The notes beneath the pieces are model-generated. The model worked only from the letters and a program-made list of their open reading frames with translations. It was not told the DNA's origin and did no database searches. Made by a program: the position numbers and the translations under genes. From Candidatus Thorarchaeota archaeon (GTDB lineage Archaea; Asgardarchaeota; Thorarchaeia; Thorarchaeales; Thorarchaeaceae): DNA of 64,000 bases. The stretch is taken from assembly GCA_003345595.1 (NCBI GenBank), contig PRDI01000075.1, positions 1 through 64,000 of the forward strand, written 5' to 3'. Positions 45,647 through 55,710 of the stretch are shown one piece after another. The stretch's first letter is position 1. Every line of letters begins with the position of its first letter.

Positions 45647-46717
45647 TTGCACTTGATGTACTCCCCTAGACCCTTTCTCAGAATACCTGAAAGTGACGGA
45701 GATTGGGTAAGGAAGGCCCTCTTGACTGCCAATCTGCTCGACAAGGACTTCAGAATTGAATCGAGAGATGGTATGCTGTTCATTCCTCTGAGGCATGAGG
45801 TGGAACACGAGAGGATTCGAGAAATCCTTGGGGTCGTCGCCTTCGAAACCGGAAGGAAGGACTTCGACCCGCTTTCCAAGTGTCCAAGAACACTCAAAGA
45901 CGCATTGGCTGGCACGATGGGCGCCGAGCAAATGGCGTTGCTTCCCAGAGCGTACGATATGGTGGGTGACATAGCGGTGCTTGAGCTGCCAGAAGAGATA
46001 GCATCATATGGAAAGCAAATTGGCGAGGCATTCTTGGCAGTCCACAGCAGCTTCATGACAGTCCTAGCCAAAAGAGGCGCCGTGTCAGGTACTTCCAGAA
46101 CGCGACAGTATGAATTCCTTGCAGGCCAGAGAAAGACAAAGACTGTTCATACAGAATACGGTTGCAGAATTGCCGTGGACTTGGCAAAGGCCTACTTCAG
46201 TCCTCGGCTGCTTGAAGAGCACAGCAGGATTGCCAAACAGGTGAATGATGACGAGCTCATCATAGACATGTTCACCGGTGTCGGCTGCTTCCCTCTCCAC
46301 ATTACAAGAGCGCACGATTCTCGTGTGGTGGCAATAGACATCAACCCAGACGCAATCCGCTTGCTGAGAGAGAGCATGAGCATGAACCGGCTCAGAGGCG
46401 AGATTGTCCCGGTAGTGGCAGACTCAGGAGTCTACGTCCGGGCCAACTTCTTCAAGAATGCCGATCGCATCATAATGAATCATCCCTCAGGGGCTCTGGA
46501 ATTCGTTTCAGAGGCTTGTCATGCAATCAGGGACAATGGGGTAATTCACTACCACGCATTCACGGGAGCAGACAATTCGGACGAAGAGATGATCGAGAAG
46601 GTCACTCAAGTAATCAGCAAGAGCGGCCGGGATCTTGTTGAGATAGCACAACTGAAGCGTGTTCGCGAGAGTGCTCCTCACGAATACCAGATGGTTGCAG
46701 ACTTGATTATCCGCTGA
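45647..46717 (+). CDS. trm5: Trm5-family tRNA m1G37 methyltransferase
   Basis: YDMVGDIA, H.EYG…VD…YFSPRL..E, DMF.GVG.F, DINP.A, DRIIMN.P. Confidence 0.88.
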   Translation: MHLMYSPRPFLRIPESDGDWVRKALLTANLLDKDFRIESRDGMLFIPLRHEVEHERIREILGVVAFETGRKDFDPLSKCPRTLKDALAGTMGAEQMALLPRAYDMVGDIAVLELPEEIASYGKQIGEAFLAVHSSFMTVLAKRGAVSGTSRTRQYEFLAGQRKTKTVHTEYGCRIAVDLAKAYFSPRLLEEHSRIAKQVNDDELIIDMFTGVGCFPLHITRAHDSRVVAIDINPDAIRLLRESMSMNRLRGEIVPVVADSGVYVRANFFKNADRIIMNHPSGALEFVSEACHAIRDNGVIHYHAFTGADNSDEEMIEKVTQVISKSGRDLVEIAQLKRVRESAPHEYQMVADLIIR

Positions 46718-47132
46718 TGTAGATGAGTTCACAATCCAGCACGGCATCAGGCCGTTTGAGCCTATCCACAAAACCACGGTCCAATCCCGATGCCGCTTTG
46801 TCCGCCTGGACGAGCACAGTACGTCCGCACTCAAACGAGCTGGTCCGTGCAACCATGCTTGTGGTGTCAGTGTACGTGAGACCTATACTGCCTCGACCCA
46901 CTACTTCCTCGGTCATGTCATCTACCGACAATTTGAGGACTATCTTCGTGTTTCTGTTTCTAGCCATGGCCTTTATCTCATCATCCAAGTTTCGCAGAGT
47001 CTGGTTGGCGCAGATGCCAACAATGCAGGTGCCCCGTCTTGTGACACCTCTCTCAGTCGTTATCTCAAGCGTGGTATCATGTCTGCCTACTATGTTGCTG
47101 TGGCCTGCTGCCCGAAAGCGGACACTACGCAT
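46707..47132 (-). CDS. DUF371 family protein
   Basis: GH.NI…H.TTLEIT…T.RG.CIVG; V.R.S.F…RT….ADKAA. Confidence 0.85.
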   Translation of the reverse strand: MRSVRFRAAGHSNIVGRHDTTLEITTERGVTRRGTCIVGICANQTLRNLDDEIKAMARNRNTKIVLKLSVDDMTEEVVGRGSIGLTYTDTTSMVARTSSFECGRTVLVQADKAASGLDRGFVDRLKRPDAVLDCELIYISG

Positions 47133-47191
47133 GCCCCATTGATTGCTCTCAAGGCTTTTATCATTGCACGTATCTCCACTTTACGATTGGT

Positions 47192-47869
47192 ATGCCTGAG
47201 AGCCGCATGAAGAGTGAAAAGGAGGGTCTGGTTCAGCGGCTAAAGGCCAGTGGCTATCTTGCAAGCGAACAAGTGGAACGAGCATTAAGAAGAGTACCAC
47301 GCGAGGAGTTTGTATTGCCTGAGCTTCGGGACGAGGCATACCGAGATACACCCCTCCCGATATGTTGTGGACAGACGATATCTGCGCCCCATATGTGCGT
47401 GATTATGTGTGAAGCATTGGAGCTTGGAGAAGGGCTCAGAGTGTTGGAGGTAGGTGCGGGATCTGGTTACCACGCCGCTCTCTGTGCCGAGATAATTGCA
47501 CCTACGGACGCACAAACGCCCGGTCATGTATATACTGTAGAGATTATGGATGGGCTCATCAACTTCGCACGAGGGAATCTCGAGCGGACTGGTTATGCCA
47601 GTAGGGTGACCTTGATTCACGGTGACGGCGGGAAAGGTCTTCCCCAATATGCGCCTTTCGACAGGGTAATTGTCACGGCGGCTGCTCCATCTGTACCTCC
47701 GCCATTGGTAGAGCAGCTTGTTCCTGGAGGCACGATGCTGATACCGGTAGGTGGACGTGGTTTCTTCCAAGAGCTGCTGGTCCTGAGGAAAGACCCAAAG
47801 GGCAGAATCAGCACAAAGAACTGGGGTGGTGTCGCATTTGTGCCTCTCACAGGTGAGTATGGACACTGA
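47192..47869 (+). CDS. pcm: Protein-L-isoaspartate O-methyltransferase
   Basis: VPREEF, GQTISAPHM, VLEVGAGSGY, APFDRVIVTAAA, FVPL. Confidence 0.96.
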   Translation: MPESRMKSEKEGLVQRLKASGYLASEQVERALRRVPREEFVLPELRDEAYRDTPLPICCGQTISAPHMCVIMCEALELGEGLRVLEVGAGSGYHAALCAEIIAPTDAQTPGHVYTVEIMDGLINFARGNLERTGYASRVTLIHGDGGKGLPQYAPFDRVIVTAAAPSVPPPLVEQLVPGGTMLIPVGGRGFFQELLVLRKDPKGRISTKNWGGVAFVPLTGEYGH

Positions 47870-47871
47870 GC

Positions 47872-48555
47872 TCACGTCACAAGGTGAAGTGGCACCACCC
47901 TGAGGACAAGGGCCTCATCGACACCTAGGCCGAGCTTCTTCCTCAGGTTCACAGGCGCAATCACCTCAAGAATGTCCTGACTGTGATGTGTCCTCTGAGC
48001 AATGACGACCGCGCCTTCAATCTTGTCGTTGACTCTCACTCTGTAGCAGATCACATCACCGAATGTCCTTCCTTCTCTAGTGAAGCCAGTTACAACCAGT
48101 GGTGGAGTATGCTTCATCCTGCTGACTGCTCTCTGCGACTCTTCGTCAGCGACTTTGACATTCAGAGTACCAGAGAAAGGAGCGAAACCAAGTGCGCTCC
48201 TGAATCTCGAGGAGTAGGCATCAACGTAATACGCTCCTTCACCTAGGCCGTCCACAACCTTACCGCGAATCAGAATCTCGTTTCCAGTCTGCGCTAGGGC
48301 GGTTTCTAGGCCTCCGAGAATCTGCAGCAACTCATTGCGACCCTGCTCCGTAAGCTCGACCCCCATACCATTCGCAGTGAGGGTCCGGCTTATGTATCCA
48401 CTCTCAGCACAGTGAGCCACACGACGTGATGCAGTCTGCTGGCTTACTCCCATGAAATTGCCGAGTTGACGAGTAGTCAAGGTCACCCGCTCATGTATTG
48501 CTCCAAGTTGTGCCAATGAGTAGAGGGTGAACCATGTTTCGGGTTCAATCAACAC
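47872..48555 (-). CDS. ribK: HTH plus CTP-dependent riboflavin kinase (RbkR type)
   Basis: SQQTASR HTH; G.GEGAYY, PF.GTLN, RTHH..LEVIAP..LR. Confidence 0.9.
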   Translation of the reverse strand: MLIEPETWFTLYSLAQLGAIHERVTLTTRQLGNFMGVSQQTASRRVAHCAESGYISRTLTANGMGVELTEQGRNELLQILGGLETALAQTGNEILIRGKVVDGLGEGAYYVDAYSSRFRSALGFAPFSGTLNVKVADEESQRAVSRMKHTPPLVVTGFTREGRTFGDVICYRVRVNDKIEGAVVIAQRTHHSQDILEVIAPVNLRKKLGLGVDEALVLRVVPLHLVT

Positions 48556-49217
48556 GCGCTGCCTCCATGAAGTGTTTGTACCCACGACTTTGCGATGCTA
48601 TGAGCTCTGCGGAGTGGTTCGGGAAAGCCATGAATGGAAGTCTTCCTGACAACATCAAGGGCGGTTTCAAGACTGACTCTGTGTCCAATTGACACAAAGA
48701 CCGGCTTTTTCTTGCCATTGAGCCACAGTGCCGAACCGACGGTCTGCCCCGCATCTACGACTTCAGCTGTGTCACCAGAACGAGCCTGAATCTCCCCCTG
48801 TAGAAGAGTCTTGGTGACGCCGACTGTCTGCCTATCCATCGTAACTCCCAAGTATGAGGCGAGACCAAGTCTGCGGGGATGAAGGACGCCGTTGCCGTTG
48901 ATCAAGACGGGTCCTGTTGGCTCCAATTCACCAAGAATGGAAGCCACTATTGGTCCCTCACGCAACTGAAGGAATCCCGGCAGGTAGGGCGTCCTACACT
49001 CACATGTTCTCTTTACAATCTGCACTACAGCCTGATTATGGAGGTTCATCACCACAGCGCAGCCCAATGCCTCAGTGTCCGTGTAAGCAACATCTATGCC
49101 AGTGACAAGTAGGCCATTGAATGGTGGCTCGTCACGGGCGATGACTCTTTTCGCGAGTTCCATCTGCTGAGTTTCAGCCTGTGCTATTGCCTGAATGAGC
49201 TCAGCGTTTGCGCTCAT
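48549..49217 (-). CDS. nfi: Endonuclease V homolog (DGxG Asp replaced by Asn)
   Basis: GIDVAY, PYLPGFL..RE, INGNGVLHPRRLGLAS, PVFVSIGH, PEPLRRAH. Confidence 0.9.
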   Translation of the reverse strand: MSANAELIQAIAQAETQQMELAKRVIARDEPPFNGLLVTGIDVAYTDTEALGCAVVMNLHNQAVVQIVKRTCECRTPYLPGFLQLREGPIVASILGELEPTGPVLINGNGVLHPRRLGLASYLGVTMDRQTVGVTKTLLQGEIQARSGDTAEVVDAGQTVGSALWLNGKKKPVFVSIGHRVSLETALDVVRKTSIHGFPEPLRRAHSIAKSWVQTLHGGSAC

Positions 49218-49857
49218 CTCTGGCGCGCTCCTCGAAGTCCCTCAGCTCTCCTATGAGCTTGGACTGTTGTACGCCGGCGGTGAGATCTCCGCGGGTTCGT
49301 TCCACGAGCGACCTAGCGACATCGCACTTTCTGCGAAGGTCCGGGACCAAGGCATTTGGGAAGTCGAATGATAATAGCCCCTCTAAGGTTTCTTCCATAA
49401 ATCCCAAGAGTTGCTCAGCCCGCTCGACCTCGTCTGCGCGTAGAGAGTCGAGTACTGCCCTTCTGAGTTCTCCAATCGCATCTGCGAGCCCTGTAAGGAA
49501 TGGCCTGATAGGTATGCCATGCTGCTGAGGTGGAGTGAACGTGCCCTCACTAAGTAGAGAAACCACGTTTGCCGCCTCTGCTATCTCTTGGTAAGCGCTG
49601 TCCAACAGTCTAGAGGAAAGCATGAACTCGCTCTGTGAGCACTCTCTGCTTGCCTCGGTCAGGATGTCTTGGGCTTCATAGACCAGCCCAGATGCATCAG
49701 CATACTCTCTTCTGTGTGCGCACTTCACTGACTCGGCACACTTTCTTACAGCCTCTCTTGCCAGAGGTAGGACTCTCTCACGAATGTGATCATCGTTCTC
49801 AATCTCAGTCTTGAGGGGTTCTAGAATCCTGTCAAGCTCCATATGGTCCACCATCAC
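49201..49857 (-). CDS. Translin/TRAX (C3PO) family protein
   Basis: AYQEIAEA, GLADAIGELRR, LRRKCD.AR..VE.T. Confidence 0.88.
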   Translation of the reverse strand: MMVDHMELDRILEPLKTEIENDDHIRERVLPLAREAVRKCAESVKCAHRREYADASGLVYEAQDILTEASRECSQSEFMLSSRLLDSAYQEIAEAANVVSLLSEGTFTPPQQHGIPIRPFLTGLADAIGELRRAVLDSLRADEVERAEQLLGFMEETLEGLLSFDFPNALVPDLRRKCDVARSLVERTRGDLTAGVQQSKLIGELRDFEERARDERKR

Positions 49858-50825
49858 AGTGACTGTATACTCTCTGGATGCCGCTCTCGAGATAGAAGCA
49901 CAACACGGCTTTCAACTTGTTCATCGAGAGTGATATATCCAGTGATTGCTGATATCTTCTCTGCAAACGCACGTATGTCTTGGTGAGAGGGAACGTTGTG
50001 GAGGCTCAGCCTTCCTCTTGATGAGCCTAGGGGCATGTACCCCTTAACCTCCACGAAGTCTGGGTTTCCCTTCAGAATCATGCTTCCATAGGCCCTTGGA
50101 TTGTGCATGTTGCGGCCTGAAACCATTGTGAGTCTGTTGACACGTCTGCAGTTGAGTGACCTGAGCAAGTCCTGCGTTTCGTTGATTAGCTCCCACGAAT
50201 GGGGATCCGCTGGTCTGCACAGAAACCTGTAGGTCTGTTCATCGGGTGCGGCAAGTGTGACGTACAACTGAGTGGGGAGTGACATTTCTCTTATGACCTC
50301 GGGGCGCGTACCATTAGTAACGAGGAATGATGTCATCTTTCGATGACGAATCTCATCAATCAATAGCCCAATCATAGGATACAGAGTAGGTTCTCCGGAC
50401 AGTGAAATAGCCACATGCTTTGGGTTGCGTGCCTCCTTGTACTTGCTCTCCGGGACCCTTGCGCCCGCTTCGGGATTGTAGCCTCCCAGTGCTCGCTGGT
50501 TCGCCATCAATGCGGCATCCAAGAGCTCTCGTGGAGGTAGCGCATCCTCTTCCGCCACTTCTGTCTGATTCCAAGCAATGCCAACGTCAGTCGGCGTCAC
50601 GCGCCAACAGAACTCACATTGCTGAGTACACTTGTCGACCAGTGGAGTCATCTGGACGCATCTGTGCGACTCAATCCCGTAGAATCGCTGTTTGTAACAG
50701 ACATCACCAAAGAGGAGGCTCTTCTTCTGCCACTGACAGGCCTTGAATGCTCCTCTCTCCCCAAGAATGTCATACCCCTGATGCTCAAGCTTCTCCCTGA
50801 GCTGGGCCGGCATCTCAGTACTCAA
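49854..50825 (-). CDS. taw1: 4-demethylwyosine synthase (radical SAM)
   Basis: CYKQRFYGIESHRC.QMTP, C.Q.C.FCWR, H.AISLSGEPTLYP. Confidence 0.95.
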   Translation of the reverse strand: MSTEMPAQLREKLEHQGYDILGERGAFKACQWQKKSLLFGDVCYKQRFYGIESHRCVQMTPLVDKCTQQCEFCWRVTPTDVGIAWNQTEVAEEDALPPRELLDAALMANQRALGGYNPEAGARVPESKYKEARNPKHVAISLSGEPTLYPMIGLLIDEIRHRKMTSFLVTNGTRPEVIREMSLPTQLYVTLAAPDEQTYRFLCRPADPHSWELINETQDLLRSLNCRRVNRLTMVSGRNMHNPRAYGSMILKGNPDFVEVKGYMPLGSSRGRLSLHNVPSHQDIRAFAEKISAITGYITLDEQVESRVVLLSRERHPESIQSL

Positions 50826-50923
50826 GTTCGGCTCTCCTAGTTCAGAAAGGCTGGTATCTTATGAGCCTTTGGCAATAGTCACCGATTCAGAAGCCTTTGT
50901 TCAGATATGGACCCAATTCACGC

Positions 50924-52189
50924 TCATATACATCGAGAGGACAGCTTCTGGGCCAAGCGCTCCTGTGTGCCCCATGACCCAGTGAGGTATCCCCGTTTAG
51001 CAAGTCTACCCAACGTTGTTCTTGTTTCTTCACTAAGGTGACCCGGCGGCATGTTCTCATAGGCGCTTCCGGGTAATGGCAGGAACACGTGTGCGTGAAT
51101 CTTTGCGCCCATCTCTATCAGAGTCAGACATGTTTCTATGTTAGCCCTCACATCGTCGTCCCTCTCACCGGGTAGACCGAAGATCATATCCACATGAGGC
51201 ACAAAACCGCTGTCCAGAGTCGTCCTGACAGCCATCATACCCTCCTCGACAGTATGCTTTCTGTTGATGGCTTCCAGAATGCGGTCACTACCCGACTGCA
51301 GCCCTATCTGGAGAGTTTCGTTGGATACGTATCGTCGCAGTATCTGCAGAGTGTCACGAGTTACAAAGTCGGGTCTCACTTCTGAGGGGAAGGCTCCGAA
51401 GAACACTTCCTCAAGCCCCTCTATCGAGGTTGTTTCGCTTAGGAGTTGTTTCAGTTTCTCTGGTGCCGCACGTCCTCCTGAACCCCCAAAGGAGAGGGCG
51501 TTCGGAGACAGGAACCAGGTCCGCTTGAAGTTCCTCTTCTGAACTGCAAGACGAAGCCAACTGACTATGGACTCCACGGACCTGTGTTTCACTGTTCCTC
51601 CAGCGAGGAAGGGGGTGCAACAGAACTTACATGCGAAAGGACAGCCACGGGTAACCTCGACGGGACCGACAATGTTTAGGTCCAGTGCAAACGGTGGATA
51701 GTCGTCGAGATTCACTTTCGGTAAATCGCGGGGCTTTGGGTATGTTTCCATATGCTCAGACACCACACCCTCCACTCCTCTCACATCACTTCCATTCATC
51801 AATCGCCATACCATCTCTGGAAAGGCCCGTTCGCCCTCACCAATCAAGACATGATCGAATCCAGCGTCAATCAACTCCCAAGGTCTTGCACTCGCATGTG
51901 GTCCTCCTGCGAGCAGAGTCACTGTGTTCCCAAACTGACTGCGGATTTCCCTGACCTCGTCAGATACTCGATCCACCTGTGTCGACATGACGGAGTATGC
52001 GACTGTGACGTGCCCCTGTCTGAGATACTTCTTGATAATCTCGTTTGGAGGAATGGGGGGTGCAAGGACTCTCAGACTGCTCAGTTTCGGGTCTGACTCA
52101 AGTGCACCAAGCAGGGCGGCTGCACTATAGCGCGATTGTTGGTAGAAGCGGAAAATCAGTGTGTGGTCAAACACGTGTCGCACGCGCAC
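50924..52189 (-). CDS. B12-binding radical SAM protein (TIGR04013-like)
   Basis: AGGPHAS, GEGE, EVTRGCPFACKFC.TP, FPSEVRP, H.H.F.PLPGS. Confidence 0.85.
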   Translation of the reverse strand: MRVRHVFDHTLIFRFYQQSRYSAAALLGALESDPKLSSLRVLAPPIPPNEIIKKYLRQGHVTVAYSVMSTQVDRVSDEVREIRSQFGNTVTLLAGGPHASARPWELIDAGFDHVLIGEGERAFPEMVWRLMNGSDVRGVEGVVSEHMETYPKPRDLPKVNLDDYPPFALDLNIVGPVEVTRGCPFACKFCCTPFLAGGTVKHRSVESIVSWLRLAVQKRNFKRTWFLSPNALSFGGSGGRAAPEKLKQLLSETTSIEGLEEVFFGAFPSEVRPDFVTRDTLQILRRYVSNETLQIGLQSGSDRILEAINRKHTVEEGMMAVRTTLDSGFVPHVDMIFGLPGERDDDVRANIETCLTLIEMGAKIHAHVFLPLPGSAYENMPPGHLSEETRTTLGRLAKRGYLTGSWGTQERLAQKLSSRCI

Positions 52190-52779
52190 TAGTTGAGTAC
52201 TTTCTCCTGTACTCCTTCTTTCGTGACAGACATGATCCGGATGTCACCACCAGACTGGACGTCCCGTGCAATCCCTGCCTTGACTGCCTTCACTGCTACA
52301 TCTTCTGCCTCTTTCACAGTAAGCCCCTGTTTGTACTCTCTCTCAAGAACACCGTATGCCATCTGCATTCCTGACCCTGCAGCGGTGTACTCGTCAGGAA
52401 TCAATGAACCACCCATGTCCAGGGTATAGAGGGCAGGGCCATTCTTGTCGACACCTACAATCACCGTTTGGACGTAGAGCGGGTCGACTCTTCTCGCGTA
52501 AAGCGTGTTTGCTACTATCTTGGAGAGCGTCTTCACTGTGATCGGTTTCTTCTCACTGAGTTCATACAGTTTGATCTGAACGTGAAGGCGGTTGACGAGC
52601 ATCTGGTAGTCAGAGGTCAGTCCGGCGGAAGCCAAGACAATAGTGTCTGTAAGCTTGAATGCCTTGATGCCTTTCTCGCTCAAGACGAATGTACCCCAGC
52701 TCACCAATGAATCTGTTGCCACTATTGCTCCGTCGCTGCACTTGATGCCGACAACGGTCGCGCCTGTTGGTATTGACAT
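52189..52779 (-). CDS. psmB: Proteasome beta subunit, non-catalytic type (Ala at the Thr1 position)
   Basis: TG|ATVVGI…D17…K33, AGSG, RD..SG. Confidence 0.92.
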   Translation of the reverse strand: MSIPTGATVVGIKCSDGAIVATDSLVSWGTFVLSEKGIKAFKLTDTIVLASAGLTSDYQMLVNRLHVQIKLYELSEKKPITVKTLSKIVANTLYARRVDPLYVQTVIVGVDKNGPALYTLDMGGSLIPDEYTAAGSGMQMAYGVLEREYKQGLTVKEAEDVAVKAVKAGIARDVQSGGDIRIMSVTKEGVQEKVLN

Positions 52780-52896
52780 TGTCAAGATGCCTCCGTCCGA
52801 GGAACTCTGGTACAGCTATGGTCAATTACGGTCCTTTTAAAACGCTTTTGAACTGTTCCTATCAGCACCAGACATGCCTTAGGAGTAGTTTCTCAA

Positions 52897-53973
52897 GTGC
52901 CATCTCTGAATCCATTCACAGACATTCCAGTATTGATGACCTCGGAGGAGATAATCGAATATGCGCACAACAGATCAGTGAGAAAGAGTGCGAAGAGTCC
53001 CGTACGGATGTCCAAGCTTGAGAAGACTCGCATAAGGGAGATAGCTAGGACTCAGGAGTTCACCAAGCAAGTGAGGGCTAAGCTAAAGGCGACCGTTGAG
53101 TCCTTTCCGTCTCTGGACCGACTCCATCCGTTCTATCTCGAGTTGACTGAGATACTCATAGGTGTGGACAAGTTGAAACAAGCACTGGGAGCCATTTTCA
53201 ACTGCATTGGCCCGATAGATAGGATAGCAGACTCACAGATTGCAGCCATGAAGCGTGCAGACGAACTCGGTGAGATCAAGAAGTTGCGGAGCGCCACAAA
53301 AGGACGCATCTCCTCAATCGTACGTGGAACAGCCAATAACCTCGACACGGTCATTGAGGCAAGAAAGGTCTTGAGTGGTTTGCCCGGAGTGAATCCGAGT
53401 TCGCCCACAGTCGTGTGTGCAGGTTTTCCCAATGTGGGTAAGTCTACTCTCGTGAAGGCGGTTTCGACGGCGGAACCCGAGATTGCCTATTATCCATTCA
53501 CAACTCGTGAGGTGATAATCGGACACATGACTGTAGACAACCAAGTCATTCAGGTGGTTGACACGCCGGGCATCCTAGACCGGCCGATGAGTCAGAGAAA
53601 TCAGATTGAGAGGCAGGCCATTGCCGCCCTGAAGTATCTCGCGAGTGTCATCATATTCATGATGGACCCATCAGAGGCTTGCGGGTGGACTTTCGACGAA
53701 CAGATTCATCTGCATGATGAGGTACGTAGAATGTTTCCGGTGAACCCTGTCATCGTTGTGTTCAACAAAGTGGACATAACCCCTCAGGATCGTCTTGAGG
53801 CAGCAAGAGCAAGGATTCCCGGGGCCCGCGAGATTGTGGCTTCACAAGGGATCGGCCTCCAAGAGCTCATGAGAGAGGTAATTGAAGCCGTGGATTTGTC
53901 GTCACTGCAGGAAGTCATAGACGCGTACCTTTCAGCGCTGCCCAAGAGCGAATCCCATTCCTCGGATGCGTAA
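52897..53973 (+). CDS. NOG1-family GTPase
   Basis: FP.LD.LHPFY, GFPNVGKS, YPFTT, DTPGILDR, NKVD. Confidence 0.93.
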   Translation: MPSLNPFTDIPVLMTSEEIIEYAHNRSVRKSAKSPVRMSKLEKTRIREIARTQEFTKQVRAKLKATVESFPSLDRLHPFYLELTEILIGVDKLKQALGAIFNCIGPIDRIADSQIAAMKRADELGEIKKLRSATKGRISSIVRGTANNLDTVIEARKVLSGLPGVNPSSPTVVCAGFPNVGKSTLVKAVSTAEPEIAYYPFTTREVIIGHMTVDNQVIQVVDTPGILDRPMSQRNQIERQAIAALKYLASVIIFMMDPSEACGWTFDEQIHLHDEVRRMFPVNPVIVVFNKVDITPQDRLEAARARIPGAREIVASQGIGLQELMREVIEAVDLSSLQEVIDAYLSALPKSESHSSDA

Positions 53974-55002
53974 CACTCCTGGTCCTCCGACTTCTCCTTC
54001 AATCTCTGCATTAACACCCAAGATATGCTGAGCGACCCAGACGTTAGTTTCTAGATGCGATGTCACTTCGGTCACTCCAATCCGACTATCTCCTGATGCC
54101 ACAGCCATGTATGGCACCAGCATGTCACTCAGGTGTGAATCAACGGCTTTTCCTGCGGAAAGCTCGTGAATGAGATCATGAGCTGCCTCCGAACCAACAT
54201 TCTCAGCACTCTTCCCTCTCTCTCCCAAGCTATCAGAACCTAGCCTGACACCGTTTTCCGACTCTGCCCAGAGTACAATACCGCTACCTGGCCCCAGATG
54301 TGGATCCCTAGCTTTGGGATACGTTTCTCGTGAGATATTGACTCTCTGAATGCTGTGACTGCGTAGCATCTGTTCTGCAGATGCCGCCTGTCTCTCGGCC
54401 ACATGCGATGGAAGTTTAACACAGTGGGACACTCCGCCTATCTCCCTAAGGCGTCCGAACTCAATCAGCTCAAGTGGCGAAACCACTCGGACTGAGCCTA
54501 TTGTGCACGAAACCCTGCCTCCTCCTGCAGGGTAATGACCACGCTGTTCCTGCACCAATTTTACTACCGGCCCCATACGTCGAAGCGTGTACAGGAACAC
54601 TTCGCGCAGATAATCGACAGGGGGACTCCAAGCGACATCAGTGCCGCCCACTAAATGAAAGCTGATGGGGTCGTTAGACAGAATTGCAGGCGGCAGGACT
54701 GTCTGAAGAACAAGCGATATTGACCCTGCTGTTCCAACGTCAAATACGAAATCGCCGCCGCCTCTCCGGACGGGTTCAAACCGGACTTCAGTGCTACCTA
54801 CTTTCAGACCACTCACTTTTGCACTAACGATTCTTGCAGCCAGTTCCACTCCTGCAATGTGCTGGCTCTTCAGGCCGGGATCTGGCCTGTTTGCACGTAT
54901 GTTGAATACTCTCACCGGCCGCATGGCAAGTGCTGACAACGAGACTGCTGTGCGCAGTATTTGCCCACCGCCCTCGCCATGGGAACCATCAACGTCAATC
55001 AT
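53932..55002 (-). CDS. rtcA: RNA 3'-terminal phosphate cyclase
   Basis: GEGGGQILR, IRA.R..PGL..QH, GGTDV.WSP, D.HL.D.L, HL.TN. Confidence 0.96.
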   Translation of the reverse strand: MIDVDGSHGEGGGQILRTAVSLSALAMRPVRVFNIRANRPDPGLKSQHIAGVELAARIVSAKVSGLKVGSTEVRFEPVRRGGGDFVFDVGTAGSISLVLQTVLPPAILSNDPISFHLVGGTDVAWSPPVDYLREVFLYTLRRMGPVVKLVQEQRGHYPAGGGRVSCTIGSVRVVSPLELIEFGRLREIGGVSHCVKLPSHVAERQAASAEQMLRSHSIQRVNISRETYPKARDPHLGPGSGIVLWAESENGVRLGSDSLGERGKSAENVGSEAAHDLIHELSAGKAVDSHLSDMLVPYMAVASGDSRIGVTEVTSHLETNVWVAQHILGVNAEIEGEVGGPGVLRIRGMGFALGQR

Positions 55003-55157
55003 ACTGGTTCACTTGTGGACGACGGGATGTGTCGGTGGTTAAGGTCTTTGGTGCTTAAACTGCTGCTGACAAGGAGCAAGGTTGTTCAACGTTTCCTGAG
55101 TTGTGCACGAGGTCCCAACGCTTATTTGCCATTTGAGTCACAGGTCGACGGATTGAG

Positions 55158-55679
55158 ATGCGGTCACTGTTTGTAGGGCGTTTTCAGCCGTTACACAAGG
55201 GTCACATATACACTGTCAAACAGATAATCGACAGAGGAGAAGACCTAGTCATTGCCATAGGCAGTGCTCAGTACTCCCATACTCCCGACAACCCCTTCAC
55301 GGGAGGCGAGAGGCTGATGTTCTGGAAACGCGCCATCATAGATGAAGGTCTCCCGCTTGAGCGTATTGACATTGTACCGGTACCTGACATCGGCATCCAT
55401 CCACTGTGGGTTTCGCACCTCCGGTCATTAGTACCGCACTTCGACATGGCATACAGTCACAACCCCCTTGTAAGGAGGCTTCTAAAAGATGCTGGGTTCG
55501 AAGTGGCTGAAACCGGGCTTCTTGAGCGAGGAACATACAGTGGCAGGCATATCCGGGATCTGATGAGATGGGGCGGCGAATGGGAGCCTCTGGTACCTGA
55601 CGGAGTAGTAGAGATAATCAAGGGGCTCCAGCTTGACGAGCGTGTCAGGGAGATTGGTGAGGTCACAATCGTACGATGA
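55158..55679 (+). CDS. nadM: Nicotinamide-nucleotide adenylyltransferase
   Basis: GRFQPLHKGH, GSAQYSH…NPFT.GER. Confidence 0.94.
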   Translation: MRSLFVGRFQPLHKGHIYTVKQIIDRGEDLVIAIGSAQYSHTPDNPFTGGERLMFWKRAIIDEGLPLERIDIVPVPDIGIHPLWVSHLRSLVPHFDMAYSHNPLVRRLLKDAGFEVAETGLLERGTYSGRHIRDLMRWGGEWEPLVPDGVVEIIKGLQLDERVREIGEVTIVR

Positions 55680-55687
55680 AGGCCACA

Positions 55688-55710
55688 TTCAGTATGACTT
55701 AAATACTGAA
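55688..55710. repeat. 8-bp inverted repeat TTCAGTAT-N7-ATACTGAA overlapping the TATA box upstream of proS
   Basis: Perfect dyad read directly; TTAAATA at 55699-55705. Confidence 0.5.
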
